Assembly: GCA_049802575.1 (NCBI GenBank)
Contig: JBARMS010000161.1
Coordinates: 794-64,793 of the forward strand
Direction of reading: 5' to 3'
DNA length: 64,000 bases
Source: Acidobacteriaceae bacterium
GTDB taxonomy: Bacteria > Acidobacteriota > Terriglobia > Terriglobales > Acidobacteriaceae
In this document: positions 1-10,025 of the stretch, piece by piece
How the letters are laid out: each line of letters starts with the position of its first letter
Numbering within the stretch: position 1 is the first letter of the stretch
Made by a program: the position numbers and the translations under genes
The notes under the pieces: model-generated
Told to the model about the DNA's origin: nothing
Database searches by the model: none
What the model saw: the letters and a program-made list of their open reading frames with translations, nothing else

Positions 1-2
1 CC

Positions 3-431
3 AGCATGGATGACATCGTCGAGGACTCGTTCGGCAGCCAGCGGCTCGCCGCGCACCTGCTGGAGATCTTTGGCTTCTCGGCGCTGCTGCTCTGCGTCGC
101 CGGGCTGTACGGGCTGCTCGCCTACATCGTGACGCAGCGGACGCGCGAAATGGGCGTGCGCATCGCGCTGGGGGCGCCTCGCGGCAATCTGCTGTGGCTG
201 GTCCTGCGCCAGGCTGGAGCGATGCTGCTGGTGGGCGTCGCGGCAGGGTCCGCGCTCGCCTGGGCCTCGAGCCGGCTGCTGCGCGGATTCCTTTTCGGCG
301 TGCATGCGCACGACGGATGGACGCTGACCTTGTCTGCGCTTCTGCTCTTCGCAAGCGGCATGCTCGCCGCGTATCTGCCGGCGCGCCGCGCTTCACGCGT
401 CAACCCGATGGAAGCGCTGCGCGCCGAGTAG
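3..431 (+). CDS. ABC transporter permease, C-terminal fragment (FtsX/MacB-type, ADOP-like); 5' end outside window
   Basis: The reading frame is open to the window edge. The last ~140 aa carry the FtsX-type C-terminal TM bundle (QRTREMGVRIALGA ... RVNPMEALRAE) typical of MacB/ADOP permeases. Confidence 0.8.
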   Translation, partial: SMDDIVEDSFGSQRLAAHLLEIFGFSALLLCVAGLYGLLAYIVTQRTREMGVRIALGAPRGNLLWLVLRQAGAMLLVGVAAGSALAWASSRLLRGFLFGVHAHDGWTLTLSALLLFASGMLAAYLPARRASRVNPMEALRAE

Positions 432-446
432 CTTTGCCGCGAGTTG

Positions 447-3400
447 CTATTTCTCTTCGACGGCGGGAAGCACTTCGCCTTCGGGTTTGCGGTGCTCGCC
501 GCCGGTCATTTCTCCGTCGGCGCTGATGCTCGATTCCGTTTGCGGCGCTTCGGCGATGCGCGCGGGGGCAACGGCCGGCTGCGGAGCCCCCGGCTTGCGC
601 AGCAACTCATCGAGCCTGAACCCCGCGGCCTGCGCTGCCTGCGCGGCCTGGGCATTCTGCTCGGTCATTTCGTGGAGAGTGCTGCGGGTCGCTGCTGATT
701 TGATCGCCGCATCGGACCCCGCCAGGTCCACCAACTGCGGCAGCAGCCTCCACCAGAGCATCTGCTCGTGCGCTTCCTTGTTGAAGTAGCGGTGGCCTTC
801 GGACTCGTGCAGGCCGGTGAGCCAGGCAATGTCCGGATCGTCCCACGGAATCCTTTGGGCGCGGTCCGGCTTTGGCGGCTGCGGCTGGGTGATGAGCACG
901 CGCACCCGGGCCGCTGCGCGATACGCTGCATCGCCTTCCAGCCCGAGCGGATGAAAGACGTCGGCGAGCACCGATGGCAGGTAGAGCTTGTCGAAGACCT
1001 CGCCGCGATTGCGTTCAGGCGGCAGCAGGCCGGCGAAGGCGCTCACCAAACACCATGCCGCGACGGGCGACCAGACCGACTCCGCGGTCACTGTGGGGCT
1101 GTAGCTCGGCAGCACGACGCGCGCCTGCGGAGGCCATGTGCGGGCGCATGCTTTCTCCAGGGCCGGGACGCGCGCCGCCGCCTCCAGATGCTTGCGGTAT
1201 TTTTGCTGCGCCTCAGCAAAGCGATCGGAGACCAGGTTCTTCGCGGCTGTCTTCTCGACGACCGTTCGATCCCCTGTCACCGCACCCTCTGCGGCCGCCT
1301 GAGGCGGCGCGCTCTTGCCGTCGATGGAGGCAATCGCTTCGCGGAAAAACCGCTCGGCCCGCTTGGCCAGAGCATCGAAGGTCTCCTCGCGGCCGCACGG
1401 CGCCCGGCCGGCGCGGGAGACGAGCTCACCGTCACCGCTCTCGCCTTCGGCTTCTGCGAGGTCGGCATAGCAGCGCAGCAGATCGGCATCGAGCGCGCGC
1501 CGCAGCGCAGCGTGCACCGGACGCAGCTTGAATTTGGCGAGCGCCTCGTCGAGGCTCCAAACGCCGGTTCCGTTCAGGTCGCGATAGAGCGCTTCCCAGG
1601 GATACTCGTCGCTCGGCTGCAGCTCGCGCCAGTTATAGAAGACGTGATATTGATAGGCGCCCAGCCGCAGCTGCAGTCCGCGCTCGCGAATCTCCTGCGC
1701 GCGTGTAAGAAAGTGCAGGCCGTTGGCGTTGTCCTGGTAGGCGAGCAGCGCATCGCCGTGGCCGGGCAGCCCCAGCGCCTCGTGAACTTTGACGAACGAC
1801 AGGCCGCCGGTGATCTTGTCGCCCTTCCCCGCCGAACCGTGCAGGGTTCCGGACGTGGTCGCGTATTTGTTGTGATAGACGACCAGCGCACGCTGATCGC
1901 CGAGGCGGTTCGACCACGCAAAGACGTTCTCGTCGACAGTGCCGTCGTCACGCCAGAAATCGAAGAGCCAGAAGTTTTCACTTTCGGCAAAGGTCTTGCG
2001 ATTTTTCAGCAGCGGAGCGATTTCGCGCTGGTGCCGCTCGACCAGATGCTGATTCGGCGTCTCCTCGTAGAGCGGGCGCTTGTACTCCATGCCGTATTTC
2101 TCGGTGAAGGCTTCAATCTGCCCGTGGCCGAACATGGGCAGGCCGGGGAGGGTCGCCATCATGGTGCAGACGCCGAAGTACTTGTCGCCGCTGCCGAACT
2201 GATCGATGGCCGTGCGCTCGTCAGGATTGCTCATGAAGTTGACGTAGCGCTTGAGAATGTCCGGATCGAACTCGATGGTGTTCTTGATCACGGAGCGGTA
2301 CTTCGCGTTCTCCTCGTCGCGCATCATGTTCATGAAGGCGCTGTTGTAGACGCGGTGCATGCCGAGGGTGCGGACGAAGTAGCCTTCGAGCAGCCAGAAG
2401 GCCTCAGCGAGGAGCAGCGTGCCGGGGACCTCGACGGCGACGCGATCGACCACTTCACGCCAGAACTCATGGGGCATGGCGGCGTCGAATTGCTCCTGTG
2501 TCATGGCGTGCTCGGCGCGGGAGGGGATCGATCCGCCGCTGCCGGGCAGCGGGAACCACAGGCGCTGCACGTGGCGGCGCGCCAGGGTCATGGCAGCGTC
2601 GAAGCGGATGATGGGGAACCGGCGCGCCACGTACAGAATGGTCTGGATTACCTGCTCGCGCACATCGGCACGCAGGTAGTTGAGCTGCGCCGTATCGTTC
2701 CATGGGAAGCTGGTGCCGTCGTTGCCGTGGTAGACGTACTCAGTGTGGCCGCTGCCGTTGTCGCGGCGGCGAAAGACGACGGCGGCGTCGGTCTGATCGT
2801 AGTAGTGATCCTCGATTTTGATCTCGACCCGGCCGTCGCTCGAAAGATCCGGGCCCTCGAACTGATAAGCCGGATAGGGCTTGTCCAGGCGAGACAGAAA
2901 CCACTCAGGGTGCTCGACGACCCAGGGCGAATCGATGCCCATGTGGTTGGGCACCATGTCGCTGGCGAGGCGGATGCCGTAGCGGGCGGCGCGGTCGCGC
3001 AGATTGTTGTAGGCGTAATCGCCGCCCAGATCATCGGCGATGCGGTAGTCGTAGAGCGAGTAGGCCGAGGCGACCGCGTCCTGCTGGCCGCGCATGTGCT
3101 TAATGCGTTCCGAGGCGCGGCTGCGCTCCCAGATGCCGATGAGCCATAGCGCGTTGAGGCCGCGGCGCGCCAGCTTTTCCAGCTCCTCGTCGGGAATTTG
3201 ATCGAGCCGCTCGATGGCATGGCCGTACTGACGCGAGAGCTGGGCGAGCCAGACGTAGGTGCTCTTCGCAATCATGACGACGTTCGGCATCCACTCCACA
3301 TCGGGGCTGAAGCGCTCGTACTCCACGTCGCCGGGATGGCGGGAATACTCCGGCACCGGGTAATAAGCTTTGCCGAACTCAATCGCATCGTGATGGCGGT

Positions 3401-4175
3401 GTTCCGATGGCGGATGGAAACGCATCCAGACGGCAAGCTCTTCTTCCCTGAGCACGTCCGTCGCCAGCAGAACTTTCCTGAGGCCTTCGCCGATGTACTC
3501 GGCCCAGTTTTCCCGGATCCACGCGAGCTGGCCGCTGAGCGAATCCGGCGATGCTTCCATGGGCGCGCGCAGCAAATCGAGCAGATTGCCGCGGCCCATG
3601 CCGGTGGCGGGACGGGTGGCGAAGTAGCTGCGCAGCTCCGCGGTTACCTGTTTGTAGGCGGTGCTCTGGGCCAGCTTCCTGTCGTCGTAAAGCTCGCGGA
3701 AGGGCTGGAAGGCCGGGTTCTGATTGGCGAGCCAGAGCAGCATCAGCTCTTCGAGAACCGCTTCGCGATGCTCCACGCCATCCGTCGAGCCCTTGATCCA
3801 TTCGTCGACACTGGCTTCGCCACGATAGATGGCGACGTTGGGAAATTCCTGAACGAAAGTGCGCAGCAGGCGGTCAATATTGTCCTCACCGACGCGGCCG
3901 GCGAACCACTGGAGCGCGGCTCCGGTGACTTGCGGATCGCGGCTGCGCCGGTACTGCGCGACGACAGCGTGGCTGATCTCGTCGATGAGGCCCATGGCGA
4001 AGAGCGAGCCCGGATGCACCGGCGCGTTCTTGTCGCGGGATTCGCTCATGCGCCAGGCCAGGTCGCGGCATTGGGCTAAATCGCCGAAGATGACGTTGCC
4101 GACAAAATTGAACAGCGCATCGCTGACCTGATACCGGTCGCGAGCCTCGCGGGAAATGTGGAATTCCATCATCAC
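447..4175 (-). CDS. Large (1242 aa) GH13-like alpha-amylase-family glycosidase with long N- and C-terminal extensions
   Basis: GH13 signature regions are visible: DMVPNHMG (I), IIRFDAAM (II), LLLAEAFW (III), FMSNPDE (IV). The first codon at 4175 is GTG, followed by ATG ATG at 4172 and 4169. The C-terminal part is low complexity (QAAQAAQAAG). Confidence 0.8.
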   Translation of the reverse strand: MMMEFHISREARDRYQVSDALFNFVGNVIFGDLAQCRDLAWRMSESRDKNAPVHPGSLFAMGLIDEISHAVVAQYRRSRDPQVTGAALQWFAGRVGEDNIDRLLRTFVQEFPNVAIYRGEASVDEWIKGSTDGVEHREAVLEELMLLWLANQNPAFQPFRELYDDRKLAQSTAYKQVTAELRSYFATRPATGMGRGNLLDLLRAPMEASPDSLSGQLAWIRENWAEYIGEGLRKVLLATDVLREEELAVWMRFHPPSEHRHHDAIEFGKAYYPVPEYSRHPGDVEYERFSPDVEWMPNVVMIAKSTYVWLAQLSRQYGHAIERLDQIPDEELEKLARRGLNALWLIGIWERSRASERIKHMRGQQDAVASAYSLYDYRIADDLGGDYAYNNLRDRAARYGIRLASDMVPNHMGIDSPWVVEHPEWFLSRLDKPYPAYQFEGPDLSSDGRVEIKIEDHYYDQTDAAVVFRRRDNGSGHTEYVYHGNDGTSFPWNDTAQLNYLRADVREQVIQTILYVARRFPIIRFDAAMTLARRHVQRLWFPLPGSGGSIPSRAEHAMTQEQFDAAMPHEFWREVVDRVAVEVPGTLLLAEAFWLLEGYFVRTLGMHRVYNSAFMNMMRDEENAKYRSVIKNTIEFDPDILKRYVNFMSNPDERTAIDQFGSGDKYFGVCTMMATLPGLPMFGHGQIEAFTEKYGMEYKRPLYEETPNQHLVERHQREIAPLLKNRKTFAESENFWLFDFWRDDGTVDENVFAWSNRLGDQRALVVYHNKYATTSGTLHGSAGKGDKITGGLSFVKVHEALGLPGHGDALLAYQDNANGLHFLTRAQEIRERGLQLRLGAYQYHVFYNWRELQPSDEYPWEALYRDLNGTGVWSLDEALAKFKLRPVHAALRRALDADLLRCYADLAEAEGESGDGELVSRAGRAPCGREETFDALAKRAERFFREAIASIDGKSAPPQAAAEGAVTGDRTVVEKTAAKNLVSDRFAEAQQKYRKHLEAAARVPALEKACARTWPPQARVVLPSYSPTVTAESVWSPVAAWCLVSAFAGLLPPERNRGEVFDKLYLPSVLADVFHPLGLEGDAAYRAAARVRVLITQPQPPKPDRAQRIPWDDPDIAWLTGLHESEGHRYFNKEAHEQMLWWRLLPQLVDLAGSDAAIKSAATRSTLHEMTEQNAQAAQAAQAAGFRLDELLRKPGAPQPAVAPARIAEAPQTESSISADGEMTGGEHRKPEGEVLPAVEEK

Positions 4176-4283
4176 AACTTTCTTAGACGCGGAATTGCAG
4201 CACGCTTACTGGCGGCCTTGAGTGGTTTTCCGGCGGATTTTGCGCGGAAAAGACGATGTCCCTGCCGGATTCTGCGGATTCAA

Positions 4284-4316
4284 GGCGGCGCGGGAGCGAA
4301 ACGGGCGCGCGCCGCC
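4284..4316 (-). terminator. GC-rich hairpin downstream of the aldehyde dehydrogenase gene (possible terminator, poor U-tract)
   Basis: GGCGGCGCG (4284-4292) pairs with CGCGCCGCC (4308-4316). On the minus strand it is followed by TTGAATCC only. Confidence 0.35.
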
Positions 4317-4327
4317 TAGTCTACACG

Positions 4328-5869
4328 TCAAGCCGCGGGTGAGCGGAGGCACGCGGGAAGGCGATCCTCGCGGACATTGTCATAGCTCTGTAACGCCGTA
4401 AAGCGCACGATGGATGTGGGGATGCCGACAGCGGTGACTCCGGGATGGCCGGTTGCCGGAAACGGGCCGCCGTGATTCATAGCGGGGCTGACGGCGACGC
4501 CAGTGGGCATCTTGTCGTTCAGCAGACGGCCAACGCGGCGCCGCAGCACGGGCTCGATGCGCGCATAGAACGCATCGTCGGCGCCCGACGCGGCGGAATA
4601 GACCGTGCCGGTGAGCTGGCCTTCCAGATGCTCGAGCACCTGGAGCAGCTCCGCTTCATTGGCGGCGACGATGACCATGATTTCGTTGCCGAATGCCTCG
4701 CGCTGCAATTCGGGCGCGGACTTGAGAAAGTCTTGGCCGGAAACGCGGAGCAGCGTGCTCGCATACCGGTAGCCCTTGCCGGGAACATTCCTGCCGCCGG
4801 TCACCAGTTTGGCGCCGGCGCTTTGCAGCGCTTCAATCGACTCATGGAGCTGAGTGCGTCCGGCGGCCGAGAGCAGCGGATGCGTCTCGCGGCTCTCGAA
4901 GGTCGCAGCCACTTCGCGCAGAAAGGCTTCCGCTGCATCGCTCTCGATCAGCAGCGCGAGATTCGGCCGCGTGCAGAACTGGCCGCAACCCATCATGCAG
5001 CTTTCGGCCAGCTCCTTCGCCCATTTCTGCGTGTTCTCTTTCAAACCCTCAGGCAGGAACACCACCGGGTTCAGGCTCGACATCTCGAGATAGATCGGCT
5101 TGCCCGCGGCGTCGGCGGCGTGCTTCAGCTTCATGCCGGCCCCCTTGCTGCCGGTGAACCCCGAGGCGCCGATGCGCGGATCGCTCACCAGACGCTCGCC
5201 GTTTTCGTGGCTCAGCTTGTAGATCATCTGCACCGTCGCGGGCGGCAGGCCGGAAGTCTTCAGCGCGCGGGCTGCGGCTTCCGCCATGAGCTGCGAGGTG
5301 TAGGCATGCAGCGGGTGCGCTTTGGCGATGACAGGATTGCCGGCGGCAATGGCGGCCGCGAAATCGCCGCCGCTCACGCCGTTGAAGGCGAAGGGGAAAT
5401 TGTTCGGTCCAAAGACGACCACGGGGCCGATGGGCGCAAAGCAGGAGCGCAGATTCTTTGCCTTATCGATGATGGGCCGTCGCCAGGTCCCGGCGCGCGC
5501 GGCGGCCGCTGCCTGGCGGAGCTGATCGGTCGTCCGCGGCAATTCCACATCCTTCAGGCGTGGCGCCACGGGCAGCGCCGTTTCTTCGTGGGCCGCCTGC
5601 ACGATGGCGTCGGCATCCTTCTGCAGTTCCTGCGCGTAGGCTTCGAGGAACGCGGCAATCTTCTCCGGCGCGACACGCTCCAGTTCATGCGCCGCTCCCA
5701 CCGCTGCGGTGAGGGCGCGATCGCAGTCGCTCCAACTGCTCACCGGGAAGGCCCGGCCCAGCTTTTCTCCGGTGGCCGGATTCTCCGGCTCAAAGACGCC
5801 TTCGGCGTCCGAATCCCGCCACTCTCCGCCGATCGAAACCTTTGCTACTGCCACTGCCGTCTGCATCAT
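4328..5869 (-). CDS. NADP-type aldehyde dehydrogenase, alpha-ketoglutarate semialdehyde (2,5-dioxovalerate) dehydrogenase-like
   Basis: ALDH motifs EMSSLNP and GCGQFCTRPN (catalytic Cys). I prefer ATG at 5869 because AAGGAG (5873-5878, minus strand) sits 4 nt upstream. The ORF track extends to a GTG at 5899, which overlaps the upstream stop as GTGA. Confidence 0.8.
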   Translation of the reverse strand: MMQTAVAVAKVSIGGEWRDSDAEGVFEPENPATGEKLGRAFPVSSWSDCDRALTAAVGAAHELERVAPEKIAAFLEAYAQELQKDADAIVQAAHEETALPVAPRLKDVELPRTTDQLRQAAAAARAGTWRRPIIDKAKNLRSCFAPIGPVVVFGPNNFPFAFNGVSGGDFAAAIAAGNPVIAKAHPLHAYTSQLMAEAAARALKTSGLPPATVQMIYKLSHENGERLVSDPRIGASGFTGSKGAGMKLKHAADAAGKPIYLEMSSLNPVVFLPEGLKENTQKWAKELAESCMMGCGQFCTRPNLALLIESDAAEAFLREVAATFESRETHPLLSAAGRTQLHESIEALQSAGAKLVTGGRNVPGKGYRYASTLLRVSGQDFLKSAPELQREAFGNEIMVIVAANEAELLQVLEHLEGQLTGTVYSAASGADDAFYARIEPVLRRRVGRLLNDKMPTGVAVSPAMNHGGPFPATGHPGVTAVGIPTSIVRFTALQSYDNVREDRLPACLRSPAA

Positions 5870-5895
5870 TGACTCCTTGGAATTGGATCGCCTCG

Positions 5896-6720
5896 TCACG
5901 CCACCGGATTCACGAGCACCCCAATGCCGTCGATCCCGATCCGTATGACATCCCCTCTCTCCAGCGTAAAGGAATCGGGGGGTACGATGCCGGTTCCGGT
6001 AAGCAGAAACGCGCCATGCGGGAAGCTTTGGTCGCGGTAGAGGTAGTCGACCAGCTCTTCGGGTTTGCGTTTCATCTGGCCGAGGGTGGTCTGGCCGGTA
6101 AAGCCGGCGGACCCGGCACGCGTGATCTCGATGGAAATGCGGGTCTGCGGCGAAAGAGCTTCGTGCGTGACCAAAATGCCGGGACCGAGCGCGCAGCTCC
6201 GGTTGTAGATCTTGGCCTGCGGCAGGTAGAGCGGGTTCTCGCCCTCAATGTCACGCGAGCTCATGTCGTTGCCGATGGTGTATCCGACGATGTGGCCGCG
6301 CGGATCGATGACCAGCACGAGTTCGGGCTCCGGGACCGACCACTTGGCATCGGTTCGCAAAGCGACGGGCTGGTCGGGACCGACGACTTTGTGCGGCTGC
6401 GATTTGAAGAACAGCTCGGGGCGCTCGGCGGAGTAGACGCGATCGTAGAAACTGCCTCCGCCCGCGTCCTTTGACTCTTCCATCCGTGCTTCGCGGCTGC
6501 GAATGTACGTGACGCCCGCGGCCCAGACTTCCTGGGTGCCGATGGGCGCCAGCAGGGCGTGTCGATGCTGCGTGGCGGGGGCGGCGCCGGCCTCCAGCAG
6601 CGACTGGAGATACGCCTGCAGATCTTCCCGCTGCAGCAGCTCATCCAGGGAGCGCTCCACGGGATGCATGCGCCCATCCTGCTCAACCACCCATCCATTC
6701 TTTGTGCGATAGAGGATCAC
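5896..6720 (-). CDS. Fumarylacetoacetate hydrolase (FAH) family protein, 2-keto-3-deoxy-pentonate dehydratase-like (XylX/KdaD type)
   Basis: FAH-type core ([31 protein letters not shown]). The likely start is GTG at 6720, which overlaps the TGA of the upstream dehydratase (GTGA, 6717-6720). The ORF track start at 6768 would overlap that gene by 52 nt. Confidence 0.75.
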   Translation of the reverse strand: MILYRTKNGWVVEQDGRMHPVERSLDELLQREDLQAYLQSLLEAGAAPATQHRHALLAPIGTQEVWAAGVTYIRSREARMEESKDAGGGSFYDRVYSAERPELFFKSQPHKVVGPDQPVALRTDAKWSVPEPELVLVIDPRGHIVGYTIGNDMSSRDIEGENPLYLPQAKIYNRSCALGPGILVTHEALSPQTRISIEITRAGSAGFTGQTTLGQMKRKPEELVDYLYRDQSFPHGAFLLTGTGIVPPDSFTLERGDVIRIGIDGIGVLVNPVA

Positions 6721-8678
6721 CGTTTCTCTCCCAGCTTCATCACAATGCTCTCCACATCGTAGACGCATCCGCCCCAGGCGCCGCCGCTGGCCTCAGCGAG
6801 CGCGGCCCAGAGGCGTGTGTCCTCCGGCAGATCGGAATGCGGATGGAGGTCGGCTCGCGAAGAACGCCCGGCCAGCCGCCGAGCGCCCTCATCCGCCGAA
6901 AAAATTTCGCCGTTCTCTCCTACCAGATGCACGCTGGCGCTGAGCTGATACCGATCGATGCGAATCTCAATCAAATCTCCATCCAAAATTTTCCCCACCG
7001 GGCCGCCGGCCAGGGCTTCCGGAGAAACATGCCCGATGCACGGCCCGGTCGAGACGCCGCTGAAGCGCCCATCCGTGAGCAGCGCGACATGCCTGCAATG
7101 GGGCAACGCCTTCAGCGCGGCCGTAATTTGATAAATCTCCTGCATGCCGGCGCCGCGCGGACCCGAGCAGATGAGGACCACCACATCGCCGGCCGCAATC
7201 CCGTCCGCCTTGATGGCTGCAATCGCGTCGCTTTCAAGCGTAAAGACGCGGGCGGGGCCGCGGTGATAGAAAACCCCGTCTTCTCCAATCAATGAAGGGT
7301 CGATCGCGGTGCTCTTCACGACCGAGCCCTCGGGCGCAAGGTTGCCTGCAGGGAAACAGACCGTCGGGGTCAGGCCGCGCGCGCGCGCCTGATCCGGACT
7401 CACGATGACATCGTTGGCGTCGATGCCGTCCCGCTCCTGCAAGTTCTGTTTCAGCCCGCGCCGGCGGTCGCTTTGCTCCCACCAGTCGAGGCATTCGCCG
7501 AGAGAAACGCCGGCTGCGGTCATCGCGCTGGTATCGAGCAGGCCGGCGCGGCGCAGATGCAGCATCACCTCCGGCACGCCGCCGGCGAGGAACACCTGGA
7601 CGGTTGCGAATCCGCGCGGCCCGTTGGGCAGCGCGTCGACCAGCCGCGGCACTTCGCGATTCACGCGCATCCAGTCCTCGACCGTCGGGCGCCTGCGGCC
7701 AGCCGCGTGCGCAATGGCCGGTATGTGGAGCAGCAGGTTCGTCGATCCGCCAAACGCGGCGTAGACGACCATCGCGTTGGCAAACGCGGCGTCGCTCAGG
7801 ATGTCGGCGGTGCCGATACCGATCTGCCTAAGCCGCAGCAGCGCGGCAGCCGAGCGTCCGGCCGCGTCAAGCCACACAGGCTGCCCGCTCGGAGCCAGCG
7901 CGGTGTGCGGCAGGGCCAGGCCCAGCGCTTCTGCGACCACCTGACTGGTGGCGGCCGTTCCCAAGAACTGGCATCCGCCTCCCGGACTGGCGCAGGCGCG
8001 GCAGCCGACCTCGGCTGCATAGTCGAGCGAGATTTGCCCCTGGGCGAAGCGCGCGCCGATGGTCTGCACGCGGCCGGCATCTTCGCCGTTCTCCGGCAGC
8101 AGCGTCACGCCGCCGGGGACGAGCACCGAGGGCAGCGCGCCCGACGAAGCCAGGGCCATCATCATGGCGGGCAGTCCTTTGTCGCAGGTGGCCACGCCGA
8201 TGACGCCGGCACGGGGCGGCAGCGAGCGCATCAGCCGCCGCAGGACGATGGCCGCATCATTTCTATACGGCAGCGAGTCGAACATGCCAGGGGTGCCCTG
8301 GGTGCGGCCGTCGCAGGGATCGGTGACCGCGCCGGCGAAGGGGACCGCGTGCATCTCCGTGAGGGCGCGCGCCGCTGCCGCGACCAGCAGGCCCACTTCC
8401 CAGTGCCCGGTGTGGAAACCAAGGGCAATGGGGGCGCCATCCTCGGCGCGGAGGCCGCCATGCGTACTGAGAATGAGCACTTCCGGCCCGCCGAGGCGGC
8501 CGGGCTCCCAGCCCATCCCGACGTTCTGGCTCAGGCCGAAGAGATTCCCGGAAGGCTGGGTCAGGAGCATCTCCGGCGTCAGCGGCAGCGCACCCGCGGG
8601 ACCAGGGGCGTGGGTCGCCACGGCGCTCGGGTCCAGATTGGCCGACTCGAGCACGCGCTGAAGAGGAATCACCATCAT
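6717..8678 (-). CDS. IlvD/Edd family dehydratase of the 655-aa YjhG/YagF (D-xylonate/pentonate dehydratase) type
   Basis: 653 aa. The N-terminal and central blocks (CDGRTQGT..., [27 protein letters not shown]) are typical of the IlvD/Edd family, and the length matches the YjhG/YagF subgroup. It starts 3 nt after the MFS stop. Confidence 0.8.
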   Translation of the reverse strand: MMVIPLQRVLESANLDPSAVATHAPGPAGALPLTPEMLLTQPSGNLFGLSQNVGMGWEPGRLGGPEVLILSTHGGLRAEDGAPIALGFHTGHWEVGLLVAAAARALTEMHAVPFAGAVTDPCDGRTQGTPGMFDSLPYRNDAAIVLRRLMRSLPPRAGVIGVATCDKGLPAMMMALASSGALPSVLVPGGVTLLPENGEDAGRVQTIGARFAQGQISLDYAAEVGCRACASPGGGCQFLGTAATSQVVAEALGLALPHTALAPSGQPVWLDAAGRSAAALLRLRQIGIGTADILSDAAFANAMVVYAAFGGSTNLLLHIPAIAHAAGRRRPTVEDWMRVNREVPRLVDALPNGPRGFATVQVFLAGGVPEVMLHLRRAGLLDTSAMTAAGVSLGECLDWWEQSDRRRGLKQNLQERDGIDANDVIVSPDQARARGLTPTVCFPAGNLAPEGSVVKSTAIDPSLIGEDGVFYHRGPARVFTLESDAIAAIKADGIAAGDVVVLICSGPRGAGMQEIYQITAALKALPHCRHVALLTDGRFSGVSTGPCIGHVSPEALAGGPVGKILDGDLIEIRIDRYQLSASVHLVGENGEIFSADEGARRLAGRSSRADLHPHSDLPEDTRLWAALAEASGGAWGGCVYDVESIVMKLGEKR

Positions 8679-8681
8679 TTC

Positions 8682-9965
8682 TTATGCGACCTCAGGGGCA
8701 ATTTCCGCCGCCAACATTGGTTTCATGCCAATCAGCAGCACACCCGCAAAGATGACCGACAGGGACATGAGGATGAATCCCGCCTGGGATCTGCCGGTGA
8801 AGGTCTGCAAGCCTCCCACGAGGTAGGTGCCGACGCCGCCGCCCAGCGCGCCGCAGGAGTTGATCAGCGCAATCGTCTCGCCGGAGACGTTGCGCGGCAA
8901 CTGCTCCGGGATCATGGCGAAATACGGGCCGTACGGGGCATACATGCAGCTGCCCGCAATCACCAGGCAGGCGAACGCGAGCGGGAAGGAGCGGCCGAGG
9001 CTGAAGTACGATCCTGCCAGCGCCAGGCCGGCCACGATCACGAAGGGCACGACGAATTCCCTGCGCCGGCCGCTCTTATCGGAATAATGCGAGACCGCCA
9101 GCATGAGTAGCACGGCCGCCAGATACGGCGCAGCGCTGAGCAGGCCGGTGCGGCCCAGCGCCGCTCCCGTGGCATTGCGAATCACTACCGGGAGCCAGAT
9201 CACGAATCCATAAACGCCGAGGCTCCAGAAGAAATAGTTGGCGCAGAGGCGCACGACATTTCTCTGCCGGAAAGCCTGGGCCAGACCGGCGATTCTGGGA
9301 ATCAGGGTTTGCTCGCGCTCCAGTTCCTCCTCAAGAGCCACGCGCGCTTCCGGTCCCATCCAGCGGGCCTGCTGCGGGCCTTCGGGGACCACGGCCAGAA
9401 AGACCAGGCCCCACGCCACCGACGCCAGGCCTTCGAGAATGAATCCCCGCTGCCAGCCAATCACCTGCATCAGGTAGCCGGTCAGGGCAGACATCCAGAG
9501 CACCGTGATCGGATTACCGAGAATCATGCGGGTGTTCGCCCGCGACCGCTCTGCGCGCGTAAACCAGCGGGTGAGCACAATGAGCATGGCGGGAAAGACG
9601 AAGCTCTCGGCGACGCCGAGAAGGAGGCGGTCGATGACCAGCAGCCAGAAGGTGCGGATGACGCCGGTGAGCGCCGCGAATACCCCCCAGGCTACGAGTG
9701 CGCCGAAGATCATCTTGCGCGCGCTGGTGCGCTGCATGAGCGCGACGAGCGGAACCTGGGGCAGAAAATAGCCAAAGAAAAAGAGCGCCCCGAGCAGGGA
9801 CGACTGATAGCCGGTGATGTGGAGCGTCTTCGCCAGCCCGGCGGCGGCGCCGAAGCCGTAGTTGGCGCGATCGAGGTACGCCAGGCTGTAAGTAACGAAC
9901 AGCGCCGGCAGGATGCGGGTCCAGCGCCGGCGCAGATCACGGTCGCTTCGTGTTATCCCATCCAT
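8682..9965 (-). CDS. MFS transporter, anion:cation symporter (acid-sugar/hexuronate/aldonate) type
   Basis: 427 aa and about 12 TM segments. The N-terminal motif YLDRANYGFAA plus GxLxDR-like loops are typical of ACS-family MFS transporters. Confidence 0.8.
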   Translation of the reverse strand: MDGITRSDRDLRRRWTRILPALFVTYSLAYLDRANYGFGAAAGLAKTLHITGYQSSLLGALFFFGYFLPQVPLVALMQRTSARKMIFGALVAWGVFAALTGVIRTFWLLVIDRLLLGVAESFVFPAMLIVLTRWFTRAERSRANTRMILGNPITVLWMSALTGYLMQVIGWQRGFILEGLASVAWGLVFLAVVPEGPQQARWMGPEARVALEEELEREQTLIPRIAGLAQAFRQRNVVRLCANYFFWSLGVYGFVIWLPVVIRNATGAALGRTGLLSAAPYLAAVLLMLAVSHYSDKSGRRREFVVPFVIVAGLALAGSYFSLGRSFPLAFACLVIAGSCMYAPYGPYFAMIPEQLPRNVSGETIALINSCGALGGGVGTYLVGGLQTFTGRSQAGFILMSLSVIFAGVLLIGMKPMLAAEIAPEVA

Positions 9966-10025
9966 GCTGATTCGCCCGCCCCAACGGGAACCGCAGCGTG
10001 CCTTTACCGCGCCAACCCAGCCGAT

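Noticed and set aside
768-3149. 793-aa plus-strand ORF antisense to the GH13-like gene
   Set aside because: It is Arg/Ala/Gly/Leu-rich with no recognisable motifs. It lies exactly opposite a gene with clear GH13 signatures, which is typical of shadow ORFs in GC-rich DNA.
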